Shown here one piece after another: positions 50,178-59,940 of a stretch of DNA of 64,000 nt. The notes beneath the pieces are model-generated. The model was not told where the DNA came from. It saw only the letters and a list, made by a program, of their open reading frames with translations, and did not search any database. The position numbers were made by a program, and so were the translations under genes. The stretch covers positions 2,784,001 through 2,848,000 of the forward strand of contig OZ218778.1 in the NCBI GenBank assembly GCA_965112635.1, written 5' to 3'. Positions within the stretch are counted from its first letter, which is position 1, and every line of letters starts with the position of its first letter. This DNA is from an uncultured bacterium. Lineage in GTDB: Bacteria; Oederibacteriota; Oederibacteriia; Oederibacteriales; Oederibacteriaceae.

Positions 50178-51425
50178 TTACAAACCAATAAATTTGCCTG
50201 AAAAAGTTTCATGCTGAAGGAACGCTGTTTTTTCTACTTCGAAAACCCTTGCTAGTCGTTTCAGATAAATCGGATTTTCCAGGGTTTGTTTCTCCGGTGA
50301 ATCCGTGATTTTGCCGACCGGCTTGCCTTGGCAGTGGGTCATCTTGATGACGACCTGGATGGGCTGCAGCCCCATGTCATTGGTCAGGTTGGTGCCGATA
50401 CCGAAAGAGCAGTGTAACTTGTGATGGAATTTCTTGTAAATGCCAATTGCCCTGGGCACGTCCAACCCGTCGCTAAAGACCGCGGTCTTGGTTCTAGGAT
50501 CAATGCCCAGCTTGCGGTAATGCCTGATGATCTTAGTAGCCCAGGAAAACGGGTCGCCGGAATCCTGCCTGAGCCCGTCAAACCGTCTGGCCAGTTCCCC
50601 GTCAAAATCCCCCAGGAACGCATCCACCCCGATGACATCGGTCAGGGCGATCCCCAGCTTGCCCTGGTATTCCTGCAGCCAGGTCTTCAGGGCGAACTTC
50701 TGGCTCTGCCTGATCCCCACCAGGGCCTGGGGCGCTTCTAAAAATTCATGCGCCATGGTCCCCACCGGCCTCAGGCCATATCGCCAAGCCAGCAGGATAT
50801 TGCTCGTGCCGCTGAAATTCCGGGGTAGTTCCTTGGCCAGGGTTTCCACGACGCAGGCCTGCCACGCCCGGCTGAACCTCCGGCGCGTGCCGAATTCGCT
50901 GAATTTGAAATCTTCGGCCTTGAGCGCCTGGATCATTTTGACCTTGTTGGCCAGTCTTTTCTCCCCCTCCCGCCAAAATCCTTTTTCCTTTTTTCGGCTC
51001 AGGGACAACAGGTGTTCGTAATAACAGCGTATCACCGCGTCCAGCACAGGGACTTCGAACAAAATGGTGCGCAGCCAAGGGCCTTGGATCAATATCCCTA
51101 AGCCTCCGTCTTTGTCCTGGCTGATCCGGATATGCCGGCATTTGAGCTTGAACCCCCTGAGGAAAGCAAGGAAATCATCACGGAAAAAACCGAGGCTTTT
51201 GAGGTGGTTGATTTCGGCATCCGTGAGGGTCAGCCCGCAAAGCTTTTCGATCTCGCGGCGGACCGCTCCGACGATGGGAGAAAAATTCACGCCCGGTGTA
51301 CGGCAGCGGAAAGCGAACCCCGCGTCCACTTCGGGGAAACGGCGGTAAACCACCTGCATCATGGTGAACTTATAAAGGTCCGTGTCCAGCAAGGAATCTT
51401 TGAGGGCGGGCAGAGCGGATTTCAT
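50178..51425 (-). CDS. pncB: Nicotinate phosphoribosyltransferase
   Basis: ATG 51425; SLLDTDLYKFTM, EFGTRRR, GTMAHE, RQDSGDP, FSDGL, FGIGT. Confidence 0.95.
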   Translation of the reverse strand: MKSALPALKDSLLDTDLYKFTMMQVVYRRFPEVDAGFAFRCRTPGVNFSPIVGAVRREIEKLCGLTLTDAEINHLKSLGFFRDDFLAFLRGFKLKCRHIRISQDKDGGLGILIQGPWLRTILFEVPVLDAVIRCYYEHLLSLSRKKEKGFWREGEKRLANKVKMIQALKAEDFKFSEFGTRRRFSRAWQACVVETLAKELPRNFSGTSNILLAWRYGLRPVGTMAHEFLEAPQALVGIRQSQKFALKTWLQEYQGKLGIALTDVIGVDAFLGDFDGELARRFDGLRQDSGDPFSWATKIIRHYRKLGIDPRTKTAVFSDGLDVPRAIGIYKKFHHKLHCSFGIGTNLTNDMGLQPIQVVIKMTHCQGKPVGKITDSPEKQTLENPIYLKRLARVFEVEKTAFLQHETFSGKFIGL

Positions 51426-51426
51426 C

Positions 51427-52071
51427 TCAAGCCTGGCTGAGTTCTGAGGAACTCTGGACGATCCGGGCGCCCCCTGACCGCATCTCTTCGATTGCTTTTT
51501 GGGTCGTATCCGGGCTGATGCCGCGGCAGGCGGCCAGGTTGACAACAACGCTGAACCCGGCTTTTAAAAGCTGGAGGACGGTGTTCTTGACGCAATAGTC
51601 CGTGGCCAGCCCTCCCGCAAGAATGGCCTTGATCCCTTTGATCTTTAGGAATTCGATCACTCCGGTGGACTGGCGGTCCTTGAGGTCATGAAAACAGGCC
51701 CCGTAGGGGTGCATATGGTTTTCCACCCCTTTATAAACCATAAAATCATACTCCTCAGGGGCGGGCAGCCCGTCCAAAAGTTCATGGCCCCTGGTCCCCA
51801 CTTCGCAGTGTCTATTCCAGCGGATATCGGAGTTGGGTAATCCCACCTGGGAATATTGGGGCTTGTCCGGCGTGGCCACCCAGACCGCGTTGGGGTTATG
51901 GCAGTCTTTGGAAGCCACCCTCAGGCTGGCCAAATGGGCTTGCCGGTTGAGCTCTTCTCCGATCTTTTCCCCTTCCGGTACCGGTAGTTCATCCGGGCAG
52001 AGCGGGGTAAAACCTTTTTGGCAGTCCACGTCAAAAGCTGCTGTGGTGCGCTTGTCGATTTTAATGGCCAT
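51427..52071 (-). CDS. pncA: Nicotinamidase
   Basis: DVDCQKGF, KDCH, WNRHC, KG, GLATDYCV; adjacent to pncB. Confidence 0.92.
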   Translation of the reverse strand: MAIKIDKRTTAAFDVDCQKGFTPLCPDELPVPEGEKIGEELNRQAHLASLRVASKDCHNPNAVWVATPDKPQYSQVGLPNSDIRWNRHCEVGTRGHELLDGLPAPEEYDFMVYKGVENHMHPYGACFHDLKDRQSTGVIEFLKIKGIKAILAGGLATDYCVKNTVLQLLKAGFSVVVNLAACRGISPDTTQKAIEEMRSGGARIVQSSSELSQA

Positions 52072-52146
52072 GGTGCTCCCTCAACTTCTTAAAATAAGGA
52101 CATTCTCTAACATCGGGATAAATCTCGGGGAACTGCCGGTAAAGAA

Positions 52147-53214
52147 CTAATTATTGGGGAGGTTTTTTTTCTTTTCCAGTTGATCCTTGATAGCACTGAT
52201 AACCGCGTTGGCTTGATGGGTAACCCTCGGTGGCAGCACTTCATGGGTCAAAGGCACCGGCATTTCAGGACCATCCTCGCTCATCACGAAAATGACCCCC
52301 AAAGAACCCAGGATATTACCAAACTGATTTTTTACTGGGAAAACCCTGACTCGTAACCAGGAAAAAACAGCTTTGTCGCTTTTAATATTGAGGTCAAAGG
52401 GTTCCACGGGAAGGTCCAAACCATCTCTCAAAGCCGGCAGCAGAGGTTCTAACACTTCCACATCCTTGATCTCACGATCCAAAATATCCCTGCGCTTGGT
52501 GCCGAAAACAGCCTCGGCATCCTTGTTGAAATATCGGACCCTGAAATTGCTGTCCATCATGACCAGGGCCACGGGTATGGCGCCCAGAACACTCTCAAAG
52601 AACTGCGACATGGCCTGCATGTCCTCCGAGGTCTTTTTGAGCTTGTTCGTCAAAGCGCCTTTGCTGGCCTCCAAGGTCTTGCGCCGCACGATTTCCACCT
52701 GGGTTTCCTGGACCAGGATGCTGGAATGCAGGCTGAGGATGAGGATAAAGGGCAGTTCCAGCAAGTCCTGGGGTTTGACATAATCAAACCCTTGGGGAGT
52801 ATAGATCTTGCAGGCCAAGTACACCCCGGCCACGACGACCGAAGTCAGGCAGGTGTACCAGAATTTTTGGGCCACCGCCGCGATGAAAATGGAAAGGAAA
52901 ATGGCCGCCAGAAGAAAACTCTGCACCTGGTTCATCACCCAGAGGGACAGAAGGATAAAACTAAGGTCGAAAAGGAACATGATATAGCAGAATTTCAGGC
53001 CTTCGAAAAACCGGGACGGCAGCAGCGCCGTCACGATCTGGCTCCCGAGATAAACGACTGCCAGTACTGCCGCGACCCAGAGAATGGCCTGTCCCTCTTG
53101 CCAACGGATGAAAAAATCCACGGCCAGCCACAGCAGCACCACCCAGCGGATGGCGAAAAATCTGCTCTTTCTTTGGAGGTCTACGACTTCTCCTTCAGTT
53201 TTCTCCTCTGACAT
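52147..53214 (-). CDS. Polytopic membrane protein with coiled coil and PAS domain
   Basis: About six TM helices, then SVLGAIPVALVMMD…YFNKDAEAVFG…PVKNQFGNILG; no output domain. Confidence 0.75.
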   Translation of the reverse strand: MSEEKTEGEVVDLQRKSRFFAIRWVVLLWLAVDFFIRWQEGQAILWVAAVLAVVYLGSQIVTALLPSRFFEGLKFCYIMFLFDLSFILLSLWVMNQVQSFLLAAIFLSIFIAAVAQKFWYTCLTSVVVAGVYLACKIYTPQGFDYVKPQDLLELPFILILSLHSSILVQETQVEIVRRKTLEASKGALTNKLKKTSEDMQAMSQFFESVLGAIPVALVMMDSNFRVRYFNKDAEAVFGTKRRDILDREIKDVEVLEPLLPALRDGLDLPVEPFDLNIKSDKAVFSWLRVRVFPVKNQFGNILGSLGVIFVMSEDGPEMPVPLTHEVLPPRVTHQANAVISAIKDQLEKKKNLPNN

Positions 53215-53307
53215 TTCCGCTCTCCCTTTTCTCTAGGCCTGGAAATATTCAACCCAGTTAATAATAGGTGATTTATCAGGGTTTGTCACGCCTGGGGGTA
53301 TCACCGG

Positions 53308-53976
53308 TCAAACGCGTCCCCCGAAGATCCCGCGGCCGATCCGGATTACATTGGCTCCCTCGGCCAAAGCCGCCTCAAAATCATCGGTCATTCCCATGGA
53401 GAGATAAGGAAGGGACAAGCCAAGATTCCGTTCGATTTTTTCTTTTAATTCGCGCATTTGCCGGAAATAAGGCCTGGCCGACTCAGGGTTTCCCGTCAAA
53501 GGAGCCACGGTCATTAGCCCCGTAAAAGATAGGTATTTAAAGCCAAGGGCTTGGCGTAGCAACTCCTGGGCCTGGTCGGGCCTGACCCCGCTTTTGCTCT
53601 GCTCGCCGGCAATATTGATTTCCAAAAGACAAACGAGCTTTTTCCCCAGCACTTCGGCTTCCCTCTCCAGCATCTCGGCTAGCCTCAGGCTGTCCACGGA
53701 CTCAATCCAGTCAAAAAGTTTGACCGCCATTTTCACCTTATTGGTCTGCAAATGGCCGATCAAGTGCTTTTCCACGCTGGCCCCGGCCAGCAGATCGAAC
53801 TTTTGCCTGGCCTCCTGGACCCTGTTTTCCCCGACCGCCGTGACTCCCGCCTCAAGGGCTTCTTTGATCCTCTCCGCGGGAACGGTCTTGGTCACAGCCA
53901 CCAGCTTGACCTCCCGGATGGTGCCCTTTTTTATCTTTGCCTGGAGAACGGACAGGTTCTCTTTAATCTGGCTCAT
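53308..53976 (-). CDS. yggS: PLP homeostasis protein
   Basis: LVAVTKT, GENRVQE, HLIGHLQTNK, LSMGM, RIGRGIFG; ATG 53976. Confidence 0.95.
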   Translation of the reverse strand: MSQIKENLSVLQAKIKKGTIREVKLVAVTKTVPAERIKEALEAGVTAVGENRVQEARQKFDLLAGASVEKHLIGHLQTNKVKMAVKLFDWIESVDSLRLAEMLEREAEVLGKKLVCLLEINIAGEQSKSGVRPDQAQELLRQALGFKYLSFTGLMTVAPLTGNPESARPYFRQMRELKEKIERNLGLSLPYLSMGMTDDFEAALAEGANVIRIGRGIFGGRV

Positions 53977-54776
53977 AACAGCCCCGCGTAAGCGATCATG
54001 CGGCCGGCCTTGCCCTGGTCCCGGCGGTGGGAAAAGAAAAGGTCTTTCCTGCAGCTCGTGCACAACCCCGTGCTGAAAATTCTTTCCTCTTTGACTGACA
54101 TATCCCGGAGCTGCCATACGTTGGCCAGGATCAGGTCCAGCCGGGGATTAACGTAAGAGGGATGGGTGAACAAATTGTCCGCGTAGGGGAAATGCTTTTG
54201 GAAAAGGGCCACGACTTCCGGGCCGACCTGCAGACAGCATTTCCCGATGCAGGGACCCAAACCGACCAGGCAGTCGCTGAATTTGGTGAAAAAATGCTCT
54301 TTCATAGCCAGTAAAGCCTGCTGGCCAACCTGCGCCAGGGTACCCCGCCAGCCGGCGTGGACTTGGGCCAGGGCTTTGTGCACGGGGTCGTAGATAGTGA
54401 TGGGCAAACAGTCGGCAATGGACACCGTGAGCAACACACCCCTTGTTTGGGTGATAAGCGCGTCCCCTGTGCCGGCGTTAATCGTTTCGCCCCGCACGGA
54501 AAGCACTTTGCAGCCGTGGACCTGGTCCATCTTGACCAACCGCTCCGGCGGATACCCGATGGCCTTGGCTAGCCTTAGCCGGTTCTCTTCCACGGACTTT
54601 GTCTCTGCCGGGTTGTCGGAAACTTTAAAGGACAGGTTCAGGGAATCATAAGGAGCCTGGCTCACCCCTCCCACCCGCGTGGTATATCCATGGACCAGGC
54701 CGGGAACCTGGGAAAGTTCGGGCAGGTTGACGAGCGTCAACCCGTTGGCCTGCTCCAGCTCAAAAGCCGTCAACAC
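53973..54776 (-). CDS. pgeF: PgeF/YfiH polyphenol-oxidase-like protein
   Basis: TTRVGGVS, QVHG, ADC, HAGWRG, CTSC..FFSHR. Confidence 0.93.
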   Translation of the reverse strand: MLTAFELEQANGLTLVNLPELSQVPGLVHGYTTRVGGVSQAPYDSLNLSFKVSDNPAETKSVEENRLRLAKAIGYPPERLVKMDQVHGCKVLSVRGETINAGTGDALITQTRGVLLTVSIADCLPITIYDPVHKALAQVHAGWRGTLAQVGQQALLAMKEHFFTKFSDCLVGLGPCIGKCCLQVGPEVVALFQKHFPYADNLFTHPSYVNPRLDLILANVWQLRDMSVKEERIFSTGLCTSCRKDLFFSHRRDQGKAGRMIAYAGLL

Positions 54777-54791
54777 CCAGCCTCCTTTTGG

Positions 54792-55895
54792 TCAGTGGCC
54801 GTCAGGACAGGTGGAAGAGGGGGTGCATTGGGTTTTGGCCGGATGCCCAAAACCAGTGGACTGGATGACCCCCATCATGTTGATGATGGTGTTGATATCC
54901 CCGGTATCGCTGGAATCGTGCTTGGCGTGCTTGCAATGGTCGTTGAGCTTGGCGTACACCCTTGCTTTTTCTTTTTCCAGCCATTCCTGCTGCTCCTGTG
55001 TGGCAGTTGTTATTTTGGCCTTGAGCCCTTCAATCTGGTCCGCGCGCTGCTGGTTCACGCTGTAACTATCCGCGATGGCCTGCTTGATGGTGTCATTGAG
55101 TTCCCGCTGGTGGGTCAAAAGGTCCATGTCCTCTTCCGTGATATCGGTGTCCGGCAGGATGTTCCATTTCTTCTCTTCCTCCTGGTCTATCCTGGCCGTC
55201 ATTAACCGGGAAAGGTCCTTGTAGGACTGGGGATTGTTCTTGTCCATTTTCTGGATCTCGTCCTTGATCCAGTCCCCGCTTCCCTTGTGCTGCTCAGGGA
55301 TGAGGTCCTTGACCGCTCCGGCTACATCCTTTAGCTTCATCACCTTGGACCCCGCAGCGCCTACGATAAGTTCGCCTCCGGCCTCGCCTCCGGATTTAGC
55401 CGTATCCAGGGCGTCATAGGTCACATAGACCAGCCGGCAAAAGGCTTTGACCAGGTTCTTTTTGATGCCCTGGGACAACGCGTTCTGGAAATCCTTCATC
55501 TGGAGCCGCTTTTGGCGGTCTGTCTCCATGAGCGCCGAAAGGTAGGCTATCTCCTCGTTATATCCCCTGATGTCAATGCCGTTTTCCGCGTACTGCTGCG
55601 CGTCCCAACTCCGCTCGCCCACAGGTATCCTGTCATCTATGTCTGAATATTTTATCCACTCTTTCTCAAAAACCTCCTTGTCCACGCACTGGTCCTTGTC
55701 CAGGATCGCAAAACCGCTCCCTGTAGAGTTTTCCGCTCCCTGGGTTTCATCCGGTTGGTAGGGCCCGTTGTCCAATTGTTCGTTGGTGACCTTAGCCGGG
55801 GACTGTCCGGGATTTGAATCCTCGATCTGCTGGGCCATAGCCGTCGTCCCTGCCCAAAACCCTACTGCCATAAAAACAAATAAAGTCCTTTTCAT
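54792..55895 (-). CDS. Hypothetical exported helical protein
   Basis: GGAGG RBS, signal peptide, acidic coiled-coil body, terminal CTPSSTCPDGH. Confidence 0.75.
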   Translation of the reverse strand: MKRTLFVFMAVGFWAGTTAMAQQIEDSNPGQSPAKVTNEQLDNGPYQPDETQGAENSTGSGFAILDKDQCVDKEVFEKEWIKYSDIDDRIPVGERSWDAQQYAENGIDIRGYNEEIAYLSALMETDRQKRLQMKDFQNALSQGIKKNLVKAFCRLVYVTYDALDTAKSGGEAGGELIVGAAGSKVMKLKDVAGAVKDLIPEQHKGSGDWIKDEIQKMDKNNPQSYKDLSRLMTARIDQEEEKKWNILPDTDITEEDMDLLTHQRELNDTIKQAIADSYSVNQQRADQIEGLKAKITTATQEQQEWLEKEKARVYAKLNDHCKHAKHDSSDTGDINTIINMMGVIQSTGFGHPAKTQCTPSSTCPDGH

Positions 55896-56080
55896 AGGAT
55901 CCTCCCTAAAAAAGAATAGTCATCTAAATCATTACCACAAAAACTGTTTTTCCTCCACCAGCCAGTATTACTGCTTTCCCTTCGGAAAAAACCCAGATTT
56001 GGCCTTCAATCGCCTTTGTTATGTACGTTTCCGCTCGAAGGCGATCGCGTCAAACAGTCCGTTTGACGGGACATTAAATT

Positions 56081-57397
56081 CTAAACCTTGAACATTGAAC
56101 CTTTTTTACCCTTCATCTGCTTCATCATTTTTTGGGCCTCAAAAAACTGCTTGAGCAGGCGGTTGACCTCCTCGACGCTGGTGCCCGAACCAAGGGCGAT
56201 GCGGCTGCGCCGCCTGCCGTTGATCTGGCTGGGATTGTTCCTTTCGAATGGCGTCATGGATAGGATCATGGCCTCGGTTTTTTTCATCTGTTTCTCGGCC
56301 TGCGCCTCGTCCACCTGGGGCATGGCCTGGCCCATTCCGGGTATCATAGATACCAGGTCCGACAAAGGCCCCATTTTTTTGATCATCCGGATCTGTTTCA
56401 TGAAATCGTCCAGGGTAAAAGCGTCCTTCCTGAACTTTTGTTCCAGATCCTCGATCTCCTGCTGCTGGACCGTTTCCTGGACTTTTTCCACCAGGGACAG
56501 GACATCTCCCCTGTTCAAAATGCGGCCCGCCAATCGGTCCGGATAAAAAGGTTCCAGGTTGTCCGCCTTTTCGCCCATTCCCGCGAACCAGATGGGCACT
56601 TGGCAGGTGGTGGTCACGGAAAGGGCGGCGCCGCCCTTGCTGTCGCCGTCCAGTTTGGTGAGGATGACGCCGTCGATGCCCACCTTTTCCTTGAAAACCT
56701 TGGCCTGGTTGACCGCGTCCTGCCCGGTCATGGCATCTAAGACCAAAATGACGTAGTGGGGCTTGAGTTTTTCCTTAGCCTCCACGAGCTCAGCCATCAG
56801 TGCTTCGTCCACATGCAGCCTGCCGGCAGTGTCCAGGATCAGGATTTCCGCGGCTTTTTTAGCGGCCTCTTCCCTGGCCAGGGCTGCCACCCCGACGGGC
56901 GTGCTGGCCAAACAGGGGGTAAAAGGGATGTCCATCTGCTTGCCCAAGATCTCCAGCTGGTCCTGGGCCGCGGGCCTTTGCAGGTCCATGGAAAGCAAAA
57001 GCACGGTCTTACCTTTTTTGTTCTTGTAGTAGTGGGCCAGCTTGGCGCAGGTCGTGGTCTTGCCGCTGCCCTGAAGACCGACCAGCATGAAAACGGTGGG
57101 AGGCTGGGAGGCCAGATAAATCTCGGCCTTATGCTTGCCGAGGAGTTCGACGATCTCGTCATGGACGATCTTGAGGAATTGCTGTCCGGGGGTCAGGCTG
57201 TCCCAGACCGCCTGGCCTAGGGCTTTTTGCTTGACCCGTTCCACGAACTCCTTGACCACGGAGTAGTGGACGTCGGCTTCCAAAAGCGCCAGACGTACGT
57301 CCCTGAGGGCGTCCTTGATGTTCTTTTCGCTTATCTTGCCCTGGCCTGAAAGGTTTTTCAGAAGGCTCTGGAATCGCTGGCTCAGGACCTCGAACAT
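56081..57397 (-). CDS. ffh: Signal recognition particle protein
   Basis: ALLEADV, GLQGSGKTT, DTAGR, TKLDGD, M-domain RRSRIALGSG. Confidence 0.98.
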   Translation of the reverse strand: MFEVLSQRFQSLLKNLSGQGKISEKNIKDALRDVRLALLEADVHYSVVKEFVERVKQKALGQAVWDSLTPGQQFLKIVHDEIVELLGKHKAEIYLASQPPTVFMLVGLQGSGKTTTCAKLAHYYKNKKGKTVLLLSMDLQRPAAQDQLEILGKQMDIPFTPCLASTPVGVAALAREEAAKKAAEILILDTAGRLHVDEALMAELVEAKEKLKPHYVILVLDAMTGQDAVNQAKVFKEKVGIDGVILTKLDGDSKGGAALSVTTTCQVPIWFAGMGEKADNLEPFYPDRLAGRILNRGDVLSLVEKVQETVQQQEIEDLEQKFRKDAFTLDDFMKQIRMIKKMGPLSDLVSMIPGMGQAMPQVDEAQAEKQMKKTEAMILSMTPFERNNPSQINGRRRSRIALGSGTSVEEVNRLLKQFFEAQKMMKQMKGKKGSMFKV

Positions 57398-57400
57398 GGG

Positions 57401-58057
57401 CTACCTGCCCCAGGCCTGCTGGCCGCACTTCCTGAGGCCGTCGATGGTGCGCCGCATGTTCTTTTGGGTGAAAAGAAAATGGCCCACCACAAAAACGTTG
57501 GCCCCCGCTTCAGCGGTACATTGGGCTGTTTCATAATTAATGCCGCCGTCCACTTCGATATCCCCGGGATAGATGGCGCGCAGTTGTTTGATCTTGGGCA
57601 GGACGGCCTTGATGAATTTTTGGCCGCCAAACCCTGGTTCTACGGTCATGACCATGACCTGGTCCGCCAGGGGAAGCCATTTTTTTATGGCGGATAAAGG
57701 CGCCTTAGGTCGCAGGGAAAGCCCGGCCTTGGCTCCTGTGGCCTTGATGGCTCTTAAGGTGGCCCCGACAGAGGAGCAGGCCTCGGCGTGCACGATCATA
57801 TGCGACGCACCGGCCGCCCTGAAACGCCTGACATACCGGATGGGTTCCTGGATCATCAGGTGCACGTCCAGCGGCCTGACGGCGTATTTTTTGAGGGAAG
57901 CCAGCACGGGCATGCCGATGGTAATGTTGGGCACGAACAGCCCGTCCATCACGTCCACATGGATGTAATCAGCCCCGGCTTTTTCCGCCCTCCATACTTC
58001 CTGTCCCAGGCGGCTGAAATCAGAGGCCAGGATAGACGCGGCGACTTTGATCTTCAA
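57401..58057 (-). CDS. rpe: Ribulose-phosphate 3-epimerase
   Basis: HVDVMDG.FVPN, DVHLM, MTVEPGFGGQ, VDGG. Confidence 0.96.
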   Translation of the reverse strand: MKIKVAASILASDFSRLGQEVWRAEKAGADYIHVDVMDGLFVPNITIGMPVLASLKKYAVRPLDVHLMIQEPIRYVRRFRAAGASHMIVHAEACSSVGATLRAIKATGAKAGLSLRPKAPLSAIKKWLPLADQVMVMTVEPGFGGQKFIKAVLPKIKQLRAIYPGDIEVDGGINYETAQCTAEAGANVFVVGHFLFTQKNMRRTIDGLRKCGQQAWGR

Positions 58058-58141
58058 GGATTCCTTCTTCTTTGGCAGAATTTAGAGCCACGAAGGCCCG
58101 GAGGCGGCTACGCCTCTTGGATGAGATTATATCAGGAAGGG

Positions 58142-59917
58142 TTAGAAATTTTTGCCGAATAGTTTGGTGATAAAAAAGTCCCTGTCGCCGCAGGTCTTTT
58201 CCACCTGCGGGTCTTCAAAAGCCTTGGCAATAAGCTCCCTTACATGTTCGGGATTTCTGGTATATTTTAGGATGTTTTCCTTGGCGATCTCCGGCTCATA
58301 AAGGGCCACATGCATGAGGTTGAGCCCCACGGTGAACTCGATGCTCTGGAACATGCAATAGCGCAGTAGAATACCCACCTTTCTTTTGGATAACCTGTAA
58401 GGCGGGGTCAGGCCGTTGGCCATGCTGAAAAAGAAATCCATGTAGTCCTTGACCGCCTCTTCCCTGCTGGCGCCGTCCGCCATATCCGAAGACACGGCCA
58501 TGGTAAATTTCTTTTCCGCCCCCGTCCATTTGACCTGGGTTTTCTTTTCTATCCTGCCGGCGTATTCGCCGATAAAAGTGCCCACGTTCATATTTCCGCG
58601 GTAGTCAAAAAGGTCGTCCTTGCTCAAGTACTGGCCGCAGGCCCTCAGAACCAATATCTCCACCGGGGTAAGAGAAATTTTAGGGCCCTTGAGGGGGGAA
58701 TCCCCGCTGACAAAGGATATGACGAATCGGTCGTCAAAAAATTCCACGTAATTACGTACCGGTTCTATGAGAATGGGGGGCACGATGAAATTGCCGTAAT
58801 CGTCCTTGGGAAAGACATTGATATGGATGGCGCCGATCTTTTCAATGGCTGCCACGAGGTGCATGGGCGTCACCAATCTGTCCTTGGGTGTTCCGTCAAA
58901 ACCTTTCCACTGGTCCGCGACCAGGACACGGGACGCGCTATAAGGCATCTTGTTCTCGTTGGCTTCCGCGGCGCGGACTACAAAAGACGCCACCGTGTCG
59001 GCATCGATCCTGATGGTGTCGATGACCTGGGGGTCGAATACAGTCGTGGCCTCTGAACCGGAGGCCAGTTTTTCCAGGTCTTCCAGGCAGCGCTTCACCT
59101 CTTTGAACTTGGACTCAATGTTCTGGCCTGCTTTGACCAGCTCCTGGCCTGTGGCCTCCAGCTGGCTGCCCAAAGAAGAAACGGAATTGATGAGCGTCGG
59201 CAGTTTATCCCCAAAGGCATTCCTAACTTTTAATTCGGCGGCAGAGGGGTCGCCAGCTTGGCCGGCCAGATCGCTGAACTTTTTGAGCATTTCCACATTG
59301 AATTTCAGCCCCCGCAAGAGCTGTTCATCCCGCACTGAGGCAAAGCCGGCCACAGGTCCGGCTTCCAGGCCAGCCAGTTGTTCTTTGAAAGCGGCGGCCA
59401 TGGTTTCCAGCCGTTCTTTGACCTTTTCCTTCATCTGGCCCGCGCCCAAGGGAGCAGCGGGCTTGGGCCGGCGCCGGTTCTGCCGGGGGTCCAACCCAAC
59501 GACCTCGCCCCGGGCAATGGCAAAGACGCGGTCTTCCATGTCCAGGATCGGGGCTGCCCAGGCGGGCCTTTTCTTCTTTTCCTCGCGGGCATTGACCAGT
59601 AATTCATACATATTGGGCGACATGAGGTCGACCTCAAAAGATTTGCCGTTTTGGTTCACCTTAATCTTGGAGCCAAAGGCACCGGTGGACAGGAAGATCC
59701 ATTGGGCATCGTTGAGATCAGGGAGTTTTTGGGTCAGAAGCCATTTTTGCAGTTGGGCGAAAGCAGCCCTGAGCTTGATGGCTTTGTTCTGGTCGTCGTC
59801 GGAATGTTTGGAGGGTGCGGCGTACACGGCCAGGGCGTCCTGCACCGTTTTGACCATCTCCGGGTCCGCGCCGGCTATCACTTCTTCAAAAGCGTTCAGT
59901 CCTTTTTTATCTAACAC
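58142..59917 (-). CDS. Hypothetical cytoplasmic protein with central coiled coil
   Basis: 591-aa ORF, GTG start after a purine-rich RBS, no recognised motif; preceded by RNA element copy 2. Confidence 0.8.
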   Translation of the reverse strand: MLDKKGLNAFEEVIAGADPEMVKTVQDALAVYAAPSKHSDDDQNKAIKLRAAFAQLQKWLLTQKLPDLNDAQWIFLSTGAFGSKIKVNQNGKSFEVDLMSPNMYELLVNAREEKKKRPAWAAPILDMEDRVFAIARGEVVGLDPRQNRRRPKPAAPLGAGQMKEKVKERLETMAAAFKEQLAGLEAGPVAGFASVRDEQLLRGLKFNVEMLKKFSDLAGQAGDPSAAELKVRNAFGDKLPTLINSVSSLGSQLEATGQELVKAGQNIESKFKEVKRCLEDLEKLASGSEATTVFDPQVIDTIRIDADTVASFVVRAAEANENKMPYSASRVLVADQWKGFDGTPKDRLVTPMHLVAAIEKIGAIHINVFPKDDYGNFIVPPILIEPVRNYVEFFDDRFVISFVSGDSPLKGPKISLTPVEILVLRACGQYLSKDDLFDYRGNMNVGTFIGEYAGRIEKKTQVKWTGAEKKFTMAVSSDMADGASREEAVKDYMDFFFSMANGLTPPYRLSKRKVGILLRYCMFQSIEFTVGLNLMHVALYEPEIAKENILKYTRNPEHVRELIAKAFEDPQVEKTCGDRDFFITKLFGKNF

Positions 59918-59940
59918 AGCTTTTCCTTCCTCACAGGGGT

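Noticed and set aside
55900-56080. Intergenic hairpin (cgtcaaac…gtttgacg) after ffh
   Set aside because: A single short hairpin with no U-tract or second copy; no RNA family can be supported.
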